Origin: Bacillus pinisoli | GTDB lineage: Bacteria > Bacillota > Bacilli > Bacillales > SA4 | Assembly: GCF_023036475.1 (NCBI RefSeq) | Contig: NZ_JAJQKI010000007.1 | Coordinates: 60,114 to 84,113, forward strand | Reading direction: 5' to 3' | DNA length: 24,000 nucleotides | Shown: in pieces, positions 1-9,276 of the stretch | How the letters are laid out: each line of letters opens with the position of its first letter | How positions within the stretch are numbered: the stretch's first letter is position 1 | Position numbers and translations under genes: made by a program | The notes under the pieces: generated by a model | Databases searched by the model: none | Told to the model about the DNA's origin: nothing | The model's input: only the letters and a program-made list of their open reading frames with translations

Positions 1-888
1 ACATCTTTCCTTCACCCTACTACCGTGTATAAATATGAGCTAGAGAATGGTACACTTCAGACACTAGCGGAGACCAATCTTTTATTTGATGTTTCGGAAT
101 ATGAAACAACGCAAGTGTTTTATCTGTCAAAGGATGGCACTTCTATACCAATGTTCTTAACTCACAAGAAAGGATTGCAACTAAACGGTCAAAATCCAGT
201 TATTCTTTATGGATATGGTGGATTCAATGTTAATATCACTCCATCGTTTAATCCTGCCATTCTTCGTTGGTTAGAAAAGGGTGGCATTTATGCCGTAGCC
301 AACCTAAGAGGTGGTTCAGAATATGGTGAAGAATGGCATAAGGCAGGAATGTTAGAAAAGAAACAAAATGTTTTTGATGATTTTATCTCAGCAGGAGAAT
401 TTCTTGTAAAGAATAACTACACGTCCAAGCAAAAATTATCGATTATGGGTGGATCGAACGGTGGTTTACTAGTTGCTGCCTGTATGGTACAACGTCCAGA
501 TCTATTCGGTGCAGTCATTTGTAGGGTACCTGTGATTGATATGCTTCGTTATCATAAGTTTACCATTGGTCGTTATTGGATCCCTGAGTATGGAAATGCA
601 GAAGTGGCAGAGCATTTTCCGTTTTTATATGCCTACTCACCACTTCATAATGTAAAAGAGGGAGAAAAGTATCCAGCAATATTAATTGCTACTGCTGATA
701 GTGATGACCGCGTAGTTCCTGCACATGCTAAGAAATTTGCTGCTACATTAAAAGAGAAGGCGAACCCATCTTCAACGATGCTTCTTCGCCTTGAATCAAA
801 GGCAGGACATGGTTTAGGGAAGCCTACATCTAAACTAATAGATGAGTGGGCAGATTTTTATACCTTCCTTGATAAGGAGCTCGTATAA
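1..888 (+). CDS. Prolyl oligopeptidase (S9A serine peptidase), C-terminal catalytic domain; 5' end lies outside the window
   Basis: Frame 1 is open from base 1, with no stop before the GTG at 25, so the gene is cut by the window edge. Alpha/beta-hydrolase triad motifs are visible: GGSNGG (Ser), DSDDRV (Asp) and AGHGLGKP (His). A strong terminator follows. Confidence 0.85.
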   Translation, partial: TSFLHPTTVYKYELENGTLQTLAETNLLFDVSEYETTQVFYLSKDGTSIPMFLTHKKGLQLNGQNPVILYGYGGFNVNITPSFNPAILRWLEKGGIYAVANLRGGSEYGEEWHKAGMLEKKQNVFDDFISAGEFLVKNNYTSKQKLSIMGGSNGGLLVAACMVQRPDLFGAVICRVPVIDMLRYHKFTIGRYWIPEYGNAEVAEHFPFLYAYSPLHNVKEGEKYPAILIATADSDDRVVPAHAKKFAATLKEKANPSSTMLLRLESKAGHGLGKPTSKLIDEWADFYTFLDKELV

Positions 889-896
889 CCCAATTC

Positions 897-932
897 GTGT
901 ACATGAAAAATTCTTTCATGTGCACTTTTTTA
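897..932 (+). terminator. Rho-independent terminator of the peptidase gene
   Basis: 12-bp stem GTGTACATGAAA (897-908) / TTTCATGTGCAC (914-925) with one G-U pair and a 5-nt loop, followed by a T-run at 926-931. Confidence 0.8.
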
Positions 933-1024
933 TTTGCTTTTCACTCCAACCTAATCATGTTGATTAAAATTACGATGATTGTAGAGAATATAAATGTAAA
1001 GTTCACTAGAAGGAGGTTTCTTTC

Positions 1025-1234
1025 ATGCCTAAAGTTGAAGTTTCCTGTGCAATCTCAAACTGCACATTCTATGGAGAAGGTAATATTTGTACGGCCGAAA
1101 AGATTATGGTCGAATTAGATAAACATTACCGATATGATACAGAAATGGCATCTGAATTATCTGAAAAAAATCATATAGATCAGGCTGGCAACTCAGCTGA
1201 AACTTGTTGCAAAACCTTTAAGCCAAAACATTAA
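1025..1234 (+). CDS. DUF1540 domain small cysteine-containing protein
   Basis: AGGAGG at 1011-1016 lies 8 nt before the ATG. The N-terminal CxxxNCxFxxxxxxCxAxxIxV pattern (VSCAISNCTFYGEGNICTAEKIMV) is as I remember for DUF1540. The gene has its own terminator. Confidence 0.7.
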   Translation: MPKVEVSCAISNCTFYGEGNICTAEKIMVELDKHYRYDTEMASELSEKNHIDQAGNSAETCCKTFKPKH

Positions 1235-1247
1235 GAATTATTGGAAG

Positions 1248-1278
1248 CGTACAAAATAAGTTTTTGTACGTCTTTTTT
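1248..1278 (+). terminator. Rho-independent terminator
   Basis: 9-bp perfect stem CGTACAAAA (1248-1256) / TTTTGTACG (1262-1270), followed by TCTTTTTT. Confidence 0.75.
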
Positions 1279-1391
1279 AGATTGTATGGCTATTACTAAG
1301 TCATTCTCATTGACAAATTACATTATATTTTATAAGATTGCCATTGTTGACTAAAGTATATAAAACCAATCAGAATACGGGGGTTTAAAGT

Positions 1392-2225
1392 GTGAAGAAG
1401 TTTTTAATAGTATTACTAGGATTAACATTTATTCTTTCTGCTTGTGGAGGAGAAGACAGTGGAAAGACGGATGAGCAAGTGAATGATGAGCAAGCAACTG
1501 ATGATTTGACAACAGCTGAGGGTGATTTGCTCTCTACGATCCAAGAAAGTGGAGAATTAAAAATAGGAACTGAAGGTACATATCCACCATTTACATTCCA
1601 TGATGAATCAGGAGAACTTACTGGTTTTGACGTGGAAATCGCTCGTGAAATTGCAGCACGTTTAAATGTAGAACCGGTATTCTTAGAAACACAGTGGGAT
1701 GCTATGTTTGCAGGATTAGACGCAGAACGTTTTGATATGATTGCCAACCAAGTTGGAATTAGACCAGATCGTCAAGAAAAATATGATTTCTCTGATCCAT
1801 ATATTTCTTCTGCTGCTGTTTTGGTTACGAGAAAAGATAATGAAACTGTAAATAAGTTTGAGGACATTAATGGACTTAAAGCAGCACAATCATTAACAAG
1901 TAATTATGCGGATCTTGCAAGAGAGAACGGTGCAGAGATTCAAGGAGTAGAAGGATTTAATCAAGCAATTGAGTTATTAAGCTCACAACGTGTAGATGTT
2001 ACAATTAATGATAAACTTTCAGTACTTGATTACTTAAAGCAAAAACCAGATGCACCAATTAAAATTGCTGCAACTTCTGAAGATGCTTCTCAAAGTGGAT
2101 TAATGTTTAGAAAAGGTAATAAGACATTGGTTGATGCAGCGAATAAAGCACTCGCAGAAATGATAGAAGACGGAACTTATCTTAAAATTTCTGAAAAATG
2201 GTTTGGTGAAGATGTTTCTAAGTAA
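1392..2225 (+). CDS. tcyA: L-cystine/amino-acid ABC transporter substrate-binding lipoprotein (TcyA-like)
   Basis: GTG start with a GGGGG RBS at 1379-1383. Lipobox LSAC in [23 protein letters not shown] type 2 fold motifs are present: [21 protein letters not shown] and [10 protein letters not shown]. The C-terminal [13 protein letters not shown] closely matches my recollection of B. subtilis TcyA (YckK). It is followed by permease and ATPase genes in the tcyABC order. Confidence 0.8.
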   Translation: MKKFLIVLLGLTFILSACGGEDSGKTDEQVNDEQATDDLTTAEGDLLSTIQESGELKIGTEGTYPPFTFHDESGELTGFDVEIAREIAARLNVEPVFLETQWDAMFAGLDAERFDMIANQVGIRPDRQEKYDFSDPYISSAAVLVTRKDNETVNKFEDINGLKAAQSLTSNYADLARENGAEIQGVEGFNQAIELLSSQRVDVTINDKLSVLDYLKQKPDAPIKIAATSEDASQSGLMFRKGNKTLVDAANKALAEMIEDGTYLKISEKWFGEDVSK

Positions 2226-2913
2226 TATATTTACTGACCCAGAAAAAATGGACCGGTTATTATCAATTTTATGGAGTTCCTTTCCACCTTTAGTGGAGGG
2301 AGCTCTTTATCATACGGTTCCATTAACACTTATATCATTTATCGTTGGACTAATTTTCGCTGTATTAACGGCACTTGCTAGGATTTCCGGAAACCCGCTA
2401 CTCTCTGCACCAGCTAGAACATATGTATCCATCATTAGGGGAACACCTCTGTTAGTTCAGTTGTTCATCATATTTTATGGTTTACCGACAATTGGAATCA
2501 TCATTGATCCATTTCCTTCTGCGGTTATTGGTTTTTCATTGAACGTGGGTGCGTATGCTTCTGAGATTATTAGAGCGGCAATCTTATCCACTCCTAAAGG
2601 ACAATGGGAGGCTGCATATTCTATTGGTATGAACTATCAACAAGCATTAAGACGAATTATCCTACCACAAGCCTCACGTGTATCTATACCGCCTTTATCT
2701 AATACATTTATTAGCCTTGTTAAAGATACTTCACTCGCGTCTCTTATTCTAGTAACGGAAATGTTTCGGCGAGCACAGGAAATTGCTGCACAAACATATG
2801 AATTTTTATATTTATATACAGAGGCAGCGGTCCTATACTGGATTATATGTTTTGGACTGTCTATTATTCAAGACAGACTTGAAAACAGATTAGATCGATA
2901 TGTTGCAAAATAA
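2212..2913 (+). CDS. tcyB: Amino-acid (cystine) ABC transporter permease (TcyB-like)
   Basis: His/Glu/Gln/Arg/opine-family permease motifs are present: [18 protein letters not shown], and an EAA-loop-like [23 protein letters not shown]. The start is ambiguous among TTG 2203, GTG 2206, ATG 2212 and ATG 2248, and none has a good SD. It overlaps or abuts the end of tcyA, so translation is probably coupled. Confidence 0.8.
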   Translation: MFLSNIFTDPEKMDRLLSILWSSFPPLVEGALYHTVPLTLISFIVGLIFAVLTALARISGNPLLSAPARTYVSIIRGTPLLVQLFIIFYGLPTIGIIIDPFPSAVIGFSLNVGAYASEIIRAAILSTPKGQWEAAYSIGMNYQQALRRIILPQASRVSIPPLSNTFISLVKDTSLASLILVTEMFRRAQEIAAQTYEFLYLYTEAAVLYWIICFGLSIIQDRLENRLDRYVAK

Positions 2914-2930
2914 GATAAAGGAGTTTCAAG

Positions 2931-3665
2931 ATGATTGAAATTCGAGAATTACATAAGCAGTTTGGAAGCTTAAAGGTATTAAAAGGAATAAACTTAAACA
3001 TTGAAAAAGGAAAGGTCGTTGTCGTCATTGGGCCTTCAGGTTCAGGAAAGACTACATTACTCCGTTGTTTAAATATTTTAGAGACTCCTACTATTGGGAC
3101 AGTGAAAATAGGAGACGTAGCTCTGAATTTTAATCAAAAGGTATCAAAAAGTGAAATTCAATCTTTTCGTAAGTTGACGGGTATGGTGTTTCAAAACTAT
3201 AACTTATTTCCACATTTTACGGCATTGGAGAACGTGATTGAAGGACCAGTAACGGTAAAGAAAATGCGAAAAGATGAAGCGAAACAAAATGCTGAAATGT
3301 TACTAGAAAAGGTTGGATTGAAAGAAAAAATTAATCAGTATCCTTTTCAATTGTCAGGTGGACAACAGCAACGAGTTGGAATAGCTAGAGCTCTGGCTAT
3401 TGGTCCAGAAGTGATGTTGTTTGATGAGCCGACCTCTGCTCTAGATCCAGAACTAGTTGGTGAAGTTCTAAAAGTAATGAAAGATTTAGCAAATGATGGT
3501 ATGACTATGATTGTTGTTACTCATGAAATGAGCTTTGCGAAAGAAGTAGCTGATGAAGTAATATTTATGGATCAAGGTAAAATTATTGAGAGAGGTACAC
3601 CAGCTGATCTTTTTTCAAATCCAAAAGAAGAACGAACTCGACAATTTTTAAACTTATTAAAATAG
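2931..3665 (+). CDS. tcyC: Amino-acid ABC transporter ATP-binding protein (TcyC/GlnQ-like)
   Basis: AAAGGAG lies 7 nt upstream of the ATG. Walker [10 protein letters not shown], signature LSGGQQQR, Walker [12 protein letters not shown] and H-loop VTHEM are all present. Confidence 0.85.
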   Translation: MIEIRELHKQFGSLKVLKGINLNIEKGKVVVVIGPSGSGKTTLLRCLNILETPTIGTVKIGDVALNFNQKVSKSEIQSFRKLTGMVFQNYNLFPHFTALENVIEGPVTVKKMRKDEAKQNAEMLLEKVGLKEKINQYPFQLSGGQQQRVGIARALAIGPEVMLFDEPTSALDPELVGEVLKVMKDLANDGMTMIVVTHEMSFAKEVADEVIFMDQGKIIERGTPADLFSNPKEERTRQFLNLLK

Positions 3666-3696
3666 TTTTCACCATTTAACATCTTTAAATAGCCCT

Positions 3697-3738
3697 AACC
3701 CTAAACCGCTTGGAACATAAGGTTTAGGGTTTTTTTTA
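3697..3738 (+). terminator. Rho-independent terminator of the tcy operon
   Basis: Stem CCCTAAACC (3699-3707) / GGTTTAGGG (3721-3729), followed by an 8-T run. Confidence 0.8.
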
Positions 3739-3778
3739 TGGAGTGATACGCTAATCCTCCGTTTTATTTACATAAAAA

Positions 3779-3807
3779 TGGAAAAACAAAGATAGTGTTG
3801 TTATAAT
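3779..3807 (+). promoter_or_regulatory. Candidate sigma-A promoter with extended -10 (TGtTATAAT) for the CoA-ligase gene
   Basis: TGTTATAAT at 3799-3807. A weak -35 TGGAAA at 3779-3784 sits at 17-bp spacing, about 40 nt upstream of the RBS AAAGGAGGA. Confidence 0.4.
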
Positions 3808-3846
3808 ATTTATAATAATCAGATTTCTAATAAAGGAGGAATCTTC

Positions 3847-5433
3847 ATGCATGTTCCATTAACATTAACCCATTTTCTTGACCGTGCCGTTCAACTTTAT
3901 GGAGAGAAAGTGGGGGTTATTGATGAAACTAGAAGTTTAACCTACTCAGAATTACATAACCGAGTGAATCAGTTATCGCATGGATTGAAAGCGCTTAATA
4001 TACAAAAAGGAGATAAGGTTGCTTACTTGGCTCCTAATATTCTAGAGATGCTTGAGGGCTTTTACGGAGTGTATCAGCTAGGTGCTGTGATGACACCGCT
4101 GAATACAAGACTTCAACCAAAAGACTATTTATTTATTCTAAACCATAGTGAAAGTAGAATTCTGTTCGTAGATGAAGAACTCTTTCCACAAATTGAAATA
4201 ATCGTTGATCAACTAGAAACAATTGAAAATATCATTCTTATTAATGGAAAGAAGACTTATCCAGGTGTTATTCATTATGATCATTGGCTAGCTAAATTTC
4301 CTTCAACTACTTTTCCGCGTGTTGAGTTAGAAGAAACTGACATCGCAAGTTTATTATATACAAGCGGGACAACCGGTAATCCTAAAGGTGTCATGCTCAG
4401 TCATAGAAGTAATTATTTGCATGCATTAAGTGCAATGCATCATTTAAGGGTATCAGATGACGATATTTATTTACATGTTTTACCTATGTTTCATGTAAAC
4501 GGATGGGGAGGTCCATTTTACTATACAGGAAATGGTGCTACTCATGTGATGCTAAGAAAAGTAGATGCAGAATCTATCTTTAGATTAATCGAGCAACACA
4601 AGATTACTGTGTTGCATATGGCCCCAACCGTATTAAATAGCTTAATACAATTTTATCAAGAACATAAAATTCAACTATCACACTCTGTTAGAGTAGTTAT
4701 CGCTGGCTCAGCTCCAGCACAAGCATTTGTTCGAAAAGTGGAAGAAGAAATGGGATGGGAGTTTATCCAGGTGTATGGAATGACTGAAATCTCACCATTA
4801 ATTACAACTTCTGTTATTCGCTCGCATCATATAAATGTATCAAAGGAAGAGCAGTATAAAATGAAGGCGCAAGCAGGGTATGGAATGATTGGATCTGAAG
4901 TAAAGGTTGTTAACGATGACGGGGCTGAGGTTACTCGTAATGGCTGTGAAATAGGAGAAATTATTACCAGAACAAATGGTGTAATGGAAGGATACTGGAA
5001 GAATCCAGAAGCAACGAAAGATACCATCAAAAATGGTTGGCTGTACACAGGAGATATGGCCATTGTAGATGAACGAGGTAATATTCAAATAGTAGACAGA
5101 AAAAAAGACGTTATTATTAGCGGCGGAGAGAATATATCTTCTATTGAGGTAGAGGGCGTATTATATGAGCATCCTGCCGTACTCGAAGTAGCCGTAATTG
5201 CAATTCCTGATGAAAAATGGGGTGAACGACCTCATGCTGTCGTTGTTTTACGTAATGACTGCATGGTTTCTGAAGAGGAACTCTTATCATTTGCTGGTAA
5301 CAATCTGGCTAAGTTTAAGATTCCAGCATCCATTTCATTTCGCTCGGAACTCCCTAAAACGGCTTCTGGTAAAATCCAGAAAGTAGAAATCCGGAAACAA
5401 TTTTGGGATAAACAAGGAAGGTTTGTAAACTAA
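3847..5433 (+). CDS. AMP-dependent acyl-CoA synthetase / fatty-acid-CoA ligase (ANL superfamily)
   Basis: AMP-binding motif I YTSGTTGNPKGV. Other ANL motifs are present: MFHVNGWG, YGMTE, GWLYTGD, and IISGGENISSIEVE with the C-terminal K of SGKIQK. Overall it resembles medium/long-chain FACS of the Thermus ttLC-FACS type. Confidence 0.85.
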   Translation: MHVPLTLTHFLDRAVQLYGEKVGVIDETRSLTYSELHNRVNQLSHGLKALNIQKGDKVAYLAPNILEMLEGFYGVYQLGAVMTPLNTRLQPKDYLFILNHSESRILFVDEELFPQIEIIVDQLETIENIILINGKKTYPGVIHYDHWLAKFPSTTFPRVELEETDIASLLYTSGTTGNPKGVMLSHRSNYLHALSAMHHLRVSDDDIYLHVLPMFHVNGWGGPFYYTGNGATHVMLRKVDAESIFRLIEQHKITVLHMAPTVLNSLIQFYQEHKIQLSHSVRVVIAGSAPAQAFVRKVEEEMGWEFIQVYGMTEISPLITTSVIRSHHINVSKEEQYKMKAQAGYGMIGSEVKVVNDDGAEVTRNGCEIGEIITRTNGVMEGYWKNPEATKDTIKNGWLYTGDMAIVDERGNIQIVDRKKDVIISGGENISSIEVEGVLYEHPAVLEVAVIAIPDEKWGERPHAVVVLRNDCMVSEEELLSFAGNNLAKFKIPASISFRSELPKTASGKIQKVEIRKQFWDKQGRFVN

Positions 5434-5518
5434 ATAACCAATTACGAGAAGATAGATAGAATTTGTCATAACCGACACCTTTATTTTATTATTTCTTTGG
5501 TTTGTCAATAAAGGGAAA

Positions 5519-6196
5519 ATGAACTATGGTTCTTCTGCAATAAATACCATTGCACGAGATGATATCTTTAGCTTTTATGAAACGTATATCACAAATGGGT
5601 TAAAGATGTTGAAAAGTACAAAAGAATTGCTTCTAGTAAAGGGGGTTTGGCAGCGATCCCCATATATACCGGTTCCTAAAGAAGTAGAATTTGTTAAAAA
5701 AGAACGTTTCTTACAAACGTGGTTTGGTGATCAAAGGCCCCTTTCTGGTATTGAAATCGGGAGCTTATTCTATAATGTCGTCACTAATTCTATTGGTGTT
5801 ACTTTAATGAATGGATTCCTTCAAGTTACCGAAAAAGGAGATATTCATGACTTCATTAAGAGAGGAAAAGCAATTGCTGAGAAGCATATTGAAGTATTTA
5901 CCCAATTATTAAAAAAGGACGACTTACTTCCAGCAGCTTCTTGGAATGGAGGAGTAACTGCCTCGAAAGTTTCTCCTTTTTCAGAGAAATTAATACTTTC
6001 CTTGATTAGTTTATTAAATAATCAAGGTATTAGTAATTATGGTGAAGCAATCTCAAATTCGTTCCGGAAAGATCTAGCCTCAGATTTTGCGCGCTTAGCG
6101 GCTGAAGTAGGACAATATGCAGAAGAAGGTTCAAAATTACTCATTCACTATGGCTGGATGGAACAACCGCCTCTTGGTAAAGGGAAGGTCAATTAA
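5519..6196 (+). CDS. DUF3231 family protein, apparently lacking the N-terminal ~100 aa typical of the family
   Basis: RSPYIPVPKEVEFVKKERFLQTWFGDQRPLSGIEIGSLF and the C-terminal GWMEQPP match the central and C-terminal parts of DUF3231 proteins as I remember them (~330 aa). The SD is weak (AAGGGA, very short spacing). The upstream in-frame sequence hits a stop at 5453-5455 and shows no family-like residues. Confidence 0.6.
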   Translation: MNYGSSAINTIARDDIFSFYETYITNGLKMLKSTKELLLVKGVWQRSPYIPVPKEVEFVKKERFLQTWFGDQRPLSGIEIGSLFYNVVTNSIGVTLMNGFLQVTEKGDIHDFIKRGKAIAEKHIEVFTQLLKKDDLLPAASWNGGVTASKVSPFSEKLILSLISLLNNQGISNYGEAISNSFRKDLASDFARLAAEVGQYAEEGSKLLIHYGWMEQPPLGKGKVN

Positions 6197-6231
6197 AAGT
6201 AATTTTCTTATTAAGGAAATTACATTGACTA

Positions 6232-6262
6232 ACGGGTACACTATTGTGCCCGTTTTTTTTTG
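6232..6262 (+). terminator. Rho-independent terminator
   Basis: Stem ACGGGTAC (6232-6239) / GTGCCCGT (6246-6253) with one G-U pair, followed by a 9-T run. Confidence 0.75.
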
Positions 6263-6386
6263 TGGGCTGTATTCATATAGTATATTTAGAGAAGATCCTT
6301 TTGTAAGAGAGCTTACAGAAATCATTTAGTTCTTCTTGTAAACTTAAGAATAATAGTAGACGAAATTGAATGGGAGGAACGAATGA

Positions 6387-7616
6387 ATGAGTAGAATGTT
6401 GCTACTAAGTTTTATTTTTTTCTTAACCGCATGCAGTCAATCAACCATTACTACTGATCAATCACTTACACTTGAACAAAGTTATGAAGAGTCGGAAAAA
6501 CAGGCCCAGAATACAACTGTCAGAATGTTTATGTGGGGTGGCGATGAAGGTATCAATTCTTACATGGATCAATGGGTAAAGCCAAGACTGATGAATAACT
6601 ACGGTATTAATCTAGAAAGAATACCTATGGACACGAATGAAATTTTACAAAAGCTAATGAGCGAAAAGAAAGCAAACAAAGAAGAAGGTACAATTGATGT
6701 CATTTGGATTAACGGAGAAAATTTTAAGAACGCTAAAGAACAAGACTTACTATTTGGACCATTTGTAGAAAAACTCCCTAATTATTCTCAATTTATAGAT
6801 ACGGAAAGTCTCGAAAGTCAATTTGATTTTGGAACAAAGATTGACGGTATGGAAGCTCCTTGGGGAAAGGTTCAATTTGTATTCTTATACGACAGTGCTA
6901 AGATCGAGGATCCACCGAGCAATTTTAGTGAGCTAAAAGAATGGATACAAAAAAATCCCGGTAAATTTACATACCCTGATGCTGGAGACTTTACAGGAAA
7001 CGCATTTTTAAGACACTTACTCTATGAATCCATAGGGGGACCTGAGATTTTATTAGAAGAGGGTTATCAGGAAAGTAAAGTCAGTAATTCGACTGAGTTT
7101 ATGTGGAACTATTTAAATGATATTAAGCCAAATTTGTGGAGGCAAGGTAAAACTTATCCAACAACGCTTTCCGACTTGGATCGGCTTTATAGTCAAGGTG
7201 AAGTGTGGATGACGATGGGCTACAATGAAGCAAGAGCGGAAAGTCAAATAAATGATGGGATTTTTCCAAAATCAACACGCTCATTTGTGCTAGATACTGG
7301 TTCAATTGGTAATACTCATTTTTTAGCGATACCCTTTAACAGTCCTAATAAAGTTGGAGCACTAACCACTATTAATTTTTTACTATCACCAGAAGCTCAG
7401 TTAACAAAATATGAATCAACATATTGGGGAGAAAATTTATCTTTAGACCCTTCAAGGTTATCTAAAGCAGACCAAAGCAAATTAGCTTCTATTAACAGAG
7501 GGAATTCTGTGCTATCGCCGGAAACCCTAAAGAAAAGCCTATTACCTGAAGTGGATGCAAAATATGTAGAATGGATCAAGGAGAATTGGTTAAGTGAAGT
7601 TGTTCAAACAAGATAG
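6387..7616 (+). CDS. ABC transporter substrate-binding lipoprotein, YnjB/COG4134-like (substrate unknown)
   Basis: GGAGG at 6373-6377 lies 9 nt before the ATG. Lipobox LTAC in MSRMLLLSFIFFLTACSQ. Length is ~400 aa, with VRMFMWGGDEGIN and IDVIWINGENFKNAKEQDLL motifs that I associate with the YnjB family. It is the first gene of a coupled 7-gene operon. Confidence 0.7.
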   Translation: MSRMLLLSFIFFLTACSQSTITTDQSLTLEQSYEESEKQAQNTTVRMFMWGGDEGINSYMDQWVKPRLMNNYGINLERIPMDTNEILQKLMSEKKANKEEGTIDVIWINGENFKNAKEQDLLFGPFVEKLPNYSQFIDTESLESQFDFGTKIDGMEAPWGKVQFVFLYDSAKIEDPPSNFSELKEWIQKNPGKFTYPDAGDFTGNAFLRHLLYESIGGPEILLEEGYQESKVSNSTEFMWNYLNDIKPNLWRQGKTYPTTLSDLDRLYSQGEVWMTMGYNEARAESQINDGIFPKSTRSFVLDTGSIGNTHFLAIPFNSPNKVGALTTINFLLSPEAQLTKYESTYWGENLSLDPSRLSKADQSKLASINRGNSVLSPETLKKSLLPEVDAKYVEWIKENWLSEVVQTR

Positions 7617-8460
7617 TTGGATTTGGGCCTTACTCCCGGCAGTAGCATTGACGTTTCTGTTTGTTGGATATGGTGTAGGAATGTCTGTTCTATATAGTAT
7701 CTACGATGATGGTAATTGGACTTTGGAAAATTATCTATTACTTTTTAAAAATAAGAGTTTCCTACATTCATTACCTTATAGTTTGTATATAACGTTCGTA
7801 TCAACAACCATTTCTATCATACTAGGGATTATTATTTCAAAAGTACTCTATCGCGGAATAAGAAAGAATTTCTCAAGGCTTCTTATCTGGATACCGATGC
7901 TGTTTCCTCATTTTGTATGGGGGTACATTCTGTATCTTCTCTTATCTCAATCAGGTTTCATTTCTAGCTTATTATTCGAATTAGGTATGATTGATAAGAT
8001 GGAAGATTTTCCAATCATTTTTAGAGAGCAGACGGGATTAGGTATCATACTAACTTATGTATGGAAGGAAACACCATTTGCGGTATTAATGCTTCTTCCT
8101 ATACTTAGTCAAATTAATCAAGATGAAGTAAATGTGGTGAGGACGTTAGGCGGAAATGAATGGGATGTATTTAAGACAGTAGAATGGCCAAGGATTTTAC
8201 CAGTTGTATTAGAGACATCAATCATTATATTTTCGTTTGTATTATCTGCTGTAGAGGTACCTTTACTTTTAGGAGTCACATACCCCAAAACTTTATCTGT
8301 CTTATCTTATGATTGGTTTTTTGAAGGCGATTGGAGTAACAGAGGTCTCTCTTATGCAACAATGACGATCGTATCGCTATTTATTATTTCTATAATGCTA
8401 TTAGTACAATGGGTGATGCAAAAAAATCGTTATAGAATGATGAAAGGAAATGGAAGCTAG
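7594..8460 (+). CDS. ABC transporter permease (YnjC N-half-like)
   Basis: GTG start with AAGGAGA (7578-7584) 9 nt upstream. It overlaps the SBP gene by 23 nt. It is a multi-TM protein with an EAA-like loop (VVRTLGGNEWDVFKTVEWPRILP). Confidence 0.8.
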   Translation: MKLFKQDSWIWALLPAVALTFLFVGYGVGMSVLYSIYDDGNWTLENYLLLFKNKSFLHSLPYSLYITFVSTTISIILGIIISKVLYRGIRKNFSRLLIWIPMLFPHFVWGYILYLLLSQSGFISSLLFELGMIDKMEDFPIIFREQTGLGIILTYVWKETPFAVLMLLPILSQINQDEVNVVRTLGGNEWDVFKTVEWPRILPVVLETSIIIFSFVLSAVEVPLLLGVTYPKTLSVLSYDWFFEGDWSNRGLSYATMTIVSLFIISIMLLVQWVMQKNRYRMMKGNGS

Positions 8461-9262
8461 CATGTTTAAGAAAATCTTATACAATTGGTTTTTCCTTTTT
8501 TTCATCCTTTTATTTGTAGTTCCGGTCATGTATCTCCTCATAAGAAGTATTACGATTGGGTGGAGATGGGAGAGCTTTGACTTCATTAGCATAAACATAG
8601 ATGGCTGGACGGAGTTATTAGGCAACTACGATATAAACAGGGCCATATTAACATCTGTCACGATCAGTCTAGTCGTTATTCTATTAAATGTAATCATTAG
8701 TTTGCCTGCTGCAAAAGAGTTGGCTTTTAGAGATTTTAAAGGGAAAGCCTTCGTTGATACTATTCTTCAATTACCGATTCTATTTCCGAGCTTAGCCATG
8801 GTTATGGGTATCCATATTACCATGATAAAACTAGGCTTAACCGATCATTGGATAGGTGTTAGTTTAGTTCATCTTATTCCGACGGTCCCTTACTCAATAC
8901 GTATTTTCCGAGCGGCTTTCGAACACTTAGGACCACATCTTGAATTACAGGCAATATCACTTGGGGCGAGTAAAAGAAGAGTATTTTACCATATTTACTT
9001 TCCGCTTTTATTGCCAAGTGTGAGAAGTGTCATTTTTCTTACAACGGTAATTTCCTTAAGCCAATATGCCTTAACAGCAATCATAGGTGGAGGAAATGTT
9101 ATGACACTTGCTATGATTTACTTTCCCTATTTATCAACAGTTAATGAAAATTTGATCGCTAGCTTTTCTCTATTGTTTGGTATCATTCCATTTCTTGTCC
9201 TTCTAGTAATTGAAATTTTAATACAACTGTTGATACCATATCGCAAGTCCCTTTTCTACTAA
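8450..9262 (+). CDS. ABC transporter permease (YnjC C-half-like)
   Basis: It overlaps the upstream permease by 11 nt; an alternative in-frame ATG lies at 8462. It is multi-TM with an EAA-like loop (LQAISLGASKRRVFYHIYFPLLLP). Confidence 0.8.
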   Translation: MEASMFKKILYNWFFLFFILLFVVPVMYLLIRSITIGWRWESFDFISINIDGWTELLGNYDINRAILTSVTISLVVILLNVIISLPAAKELAFRDFKGKAFVDTILQLPILFPSLAMVMGIHITMIKLGLTDHWIGVSLVHLIPTVPYSIRIFRAAFEHLGPHLELQAISLGASKRRVFYHIYFPLLLPSVRSVIFLTTVISLSQYALTAIIGGGNVMTLAMIYFPYLSTVNENLIASFSLLFGIIPFLVLLVIEILIQLLIPYRKSLFY

Positions 9263-9276
9263 TTTATTACTTTTAT

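Noticed and set aside
897-1118. 73-aa ORF between the peptidase and DUF1540 genes.
   Set aside because: - It starts inside the peptidase terminator stem.
- It runs across the DUF1540 RBS and start in another frame.
- It has no SD.
1279-1391. Possible riboswitch (S-box/T-box) or CymR operator upstream of the tcyA-like gene.
   Set aside because: - Only ~110 nt are available.
- I saw no S-box or T-box hallmark sequences or conserved helices.
- I saw only promoter-like TTGACA and TTGACT hexamers without a convincing -10.
- I could not match a CymR site by eye.
1385-1747. 120-aa ORF antisense to the tcyA-like gene. Similar shadow ORFs occur at 4827-5063, 4840-5088, 7123-7305, 7397-7579, 8401-8625, 9273-9542, 9539-9748, 11787-11969, 14048-14323, 17224-17481, 18278-18565, 19921-20112, 21156-21407, 21593-22105 and 21760-22068.
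   Set aside because: - Each lies entirely within, or mostly overlaps, a well-supported CDS on the other strand or in another frame.
- They have no SD and show low-complexity or odd composition.
- These are typical shadow ORFs.
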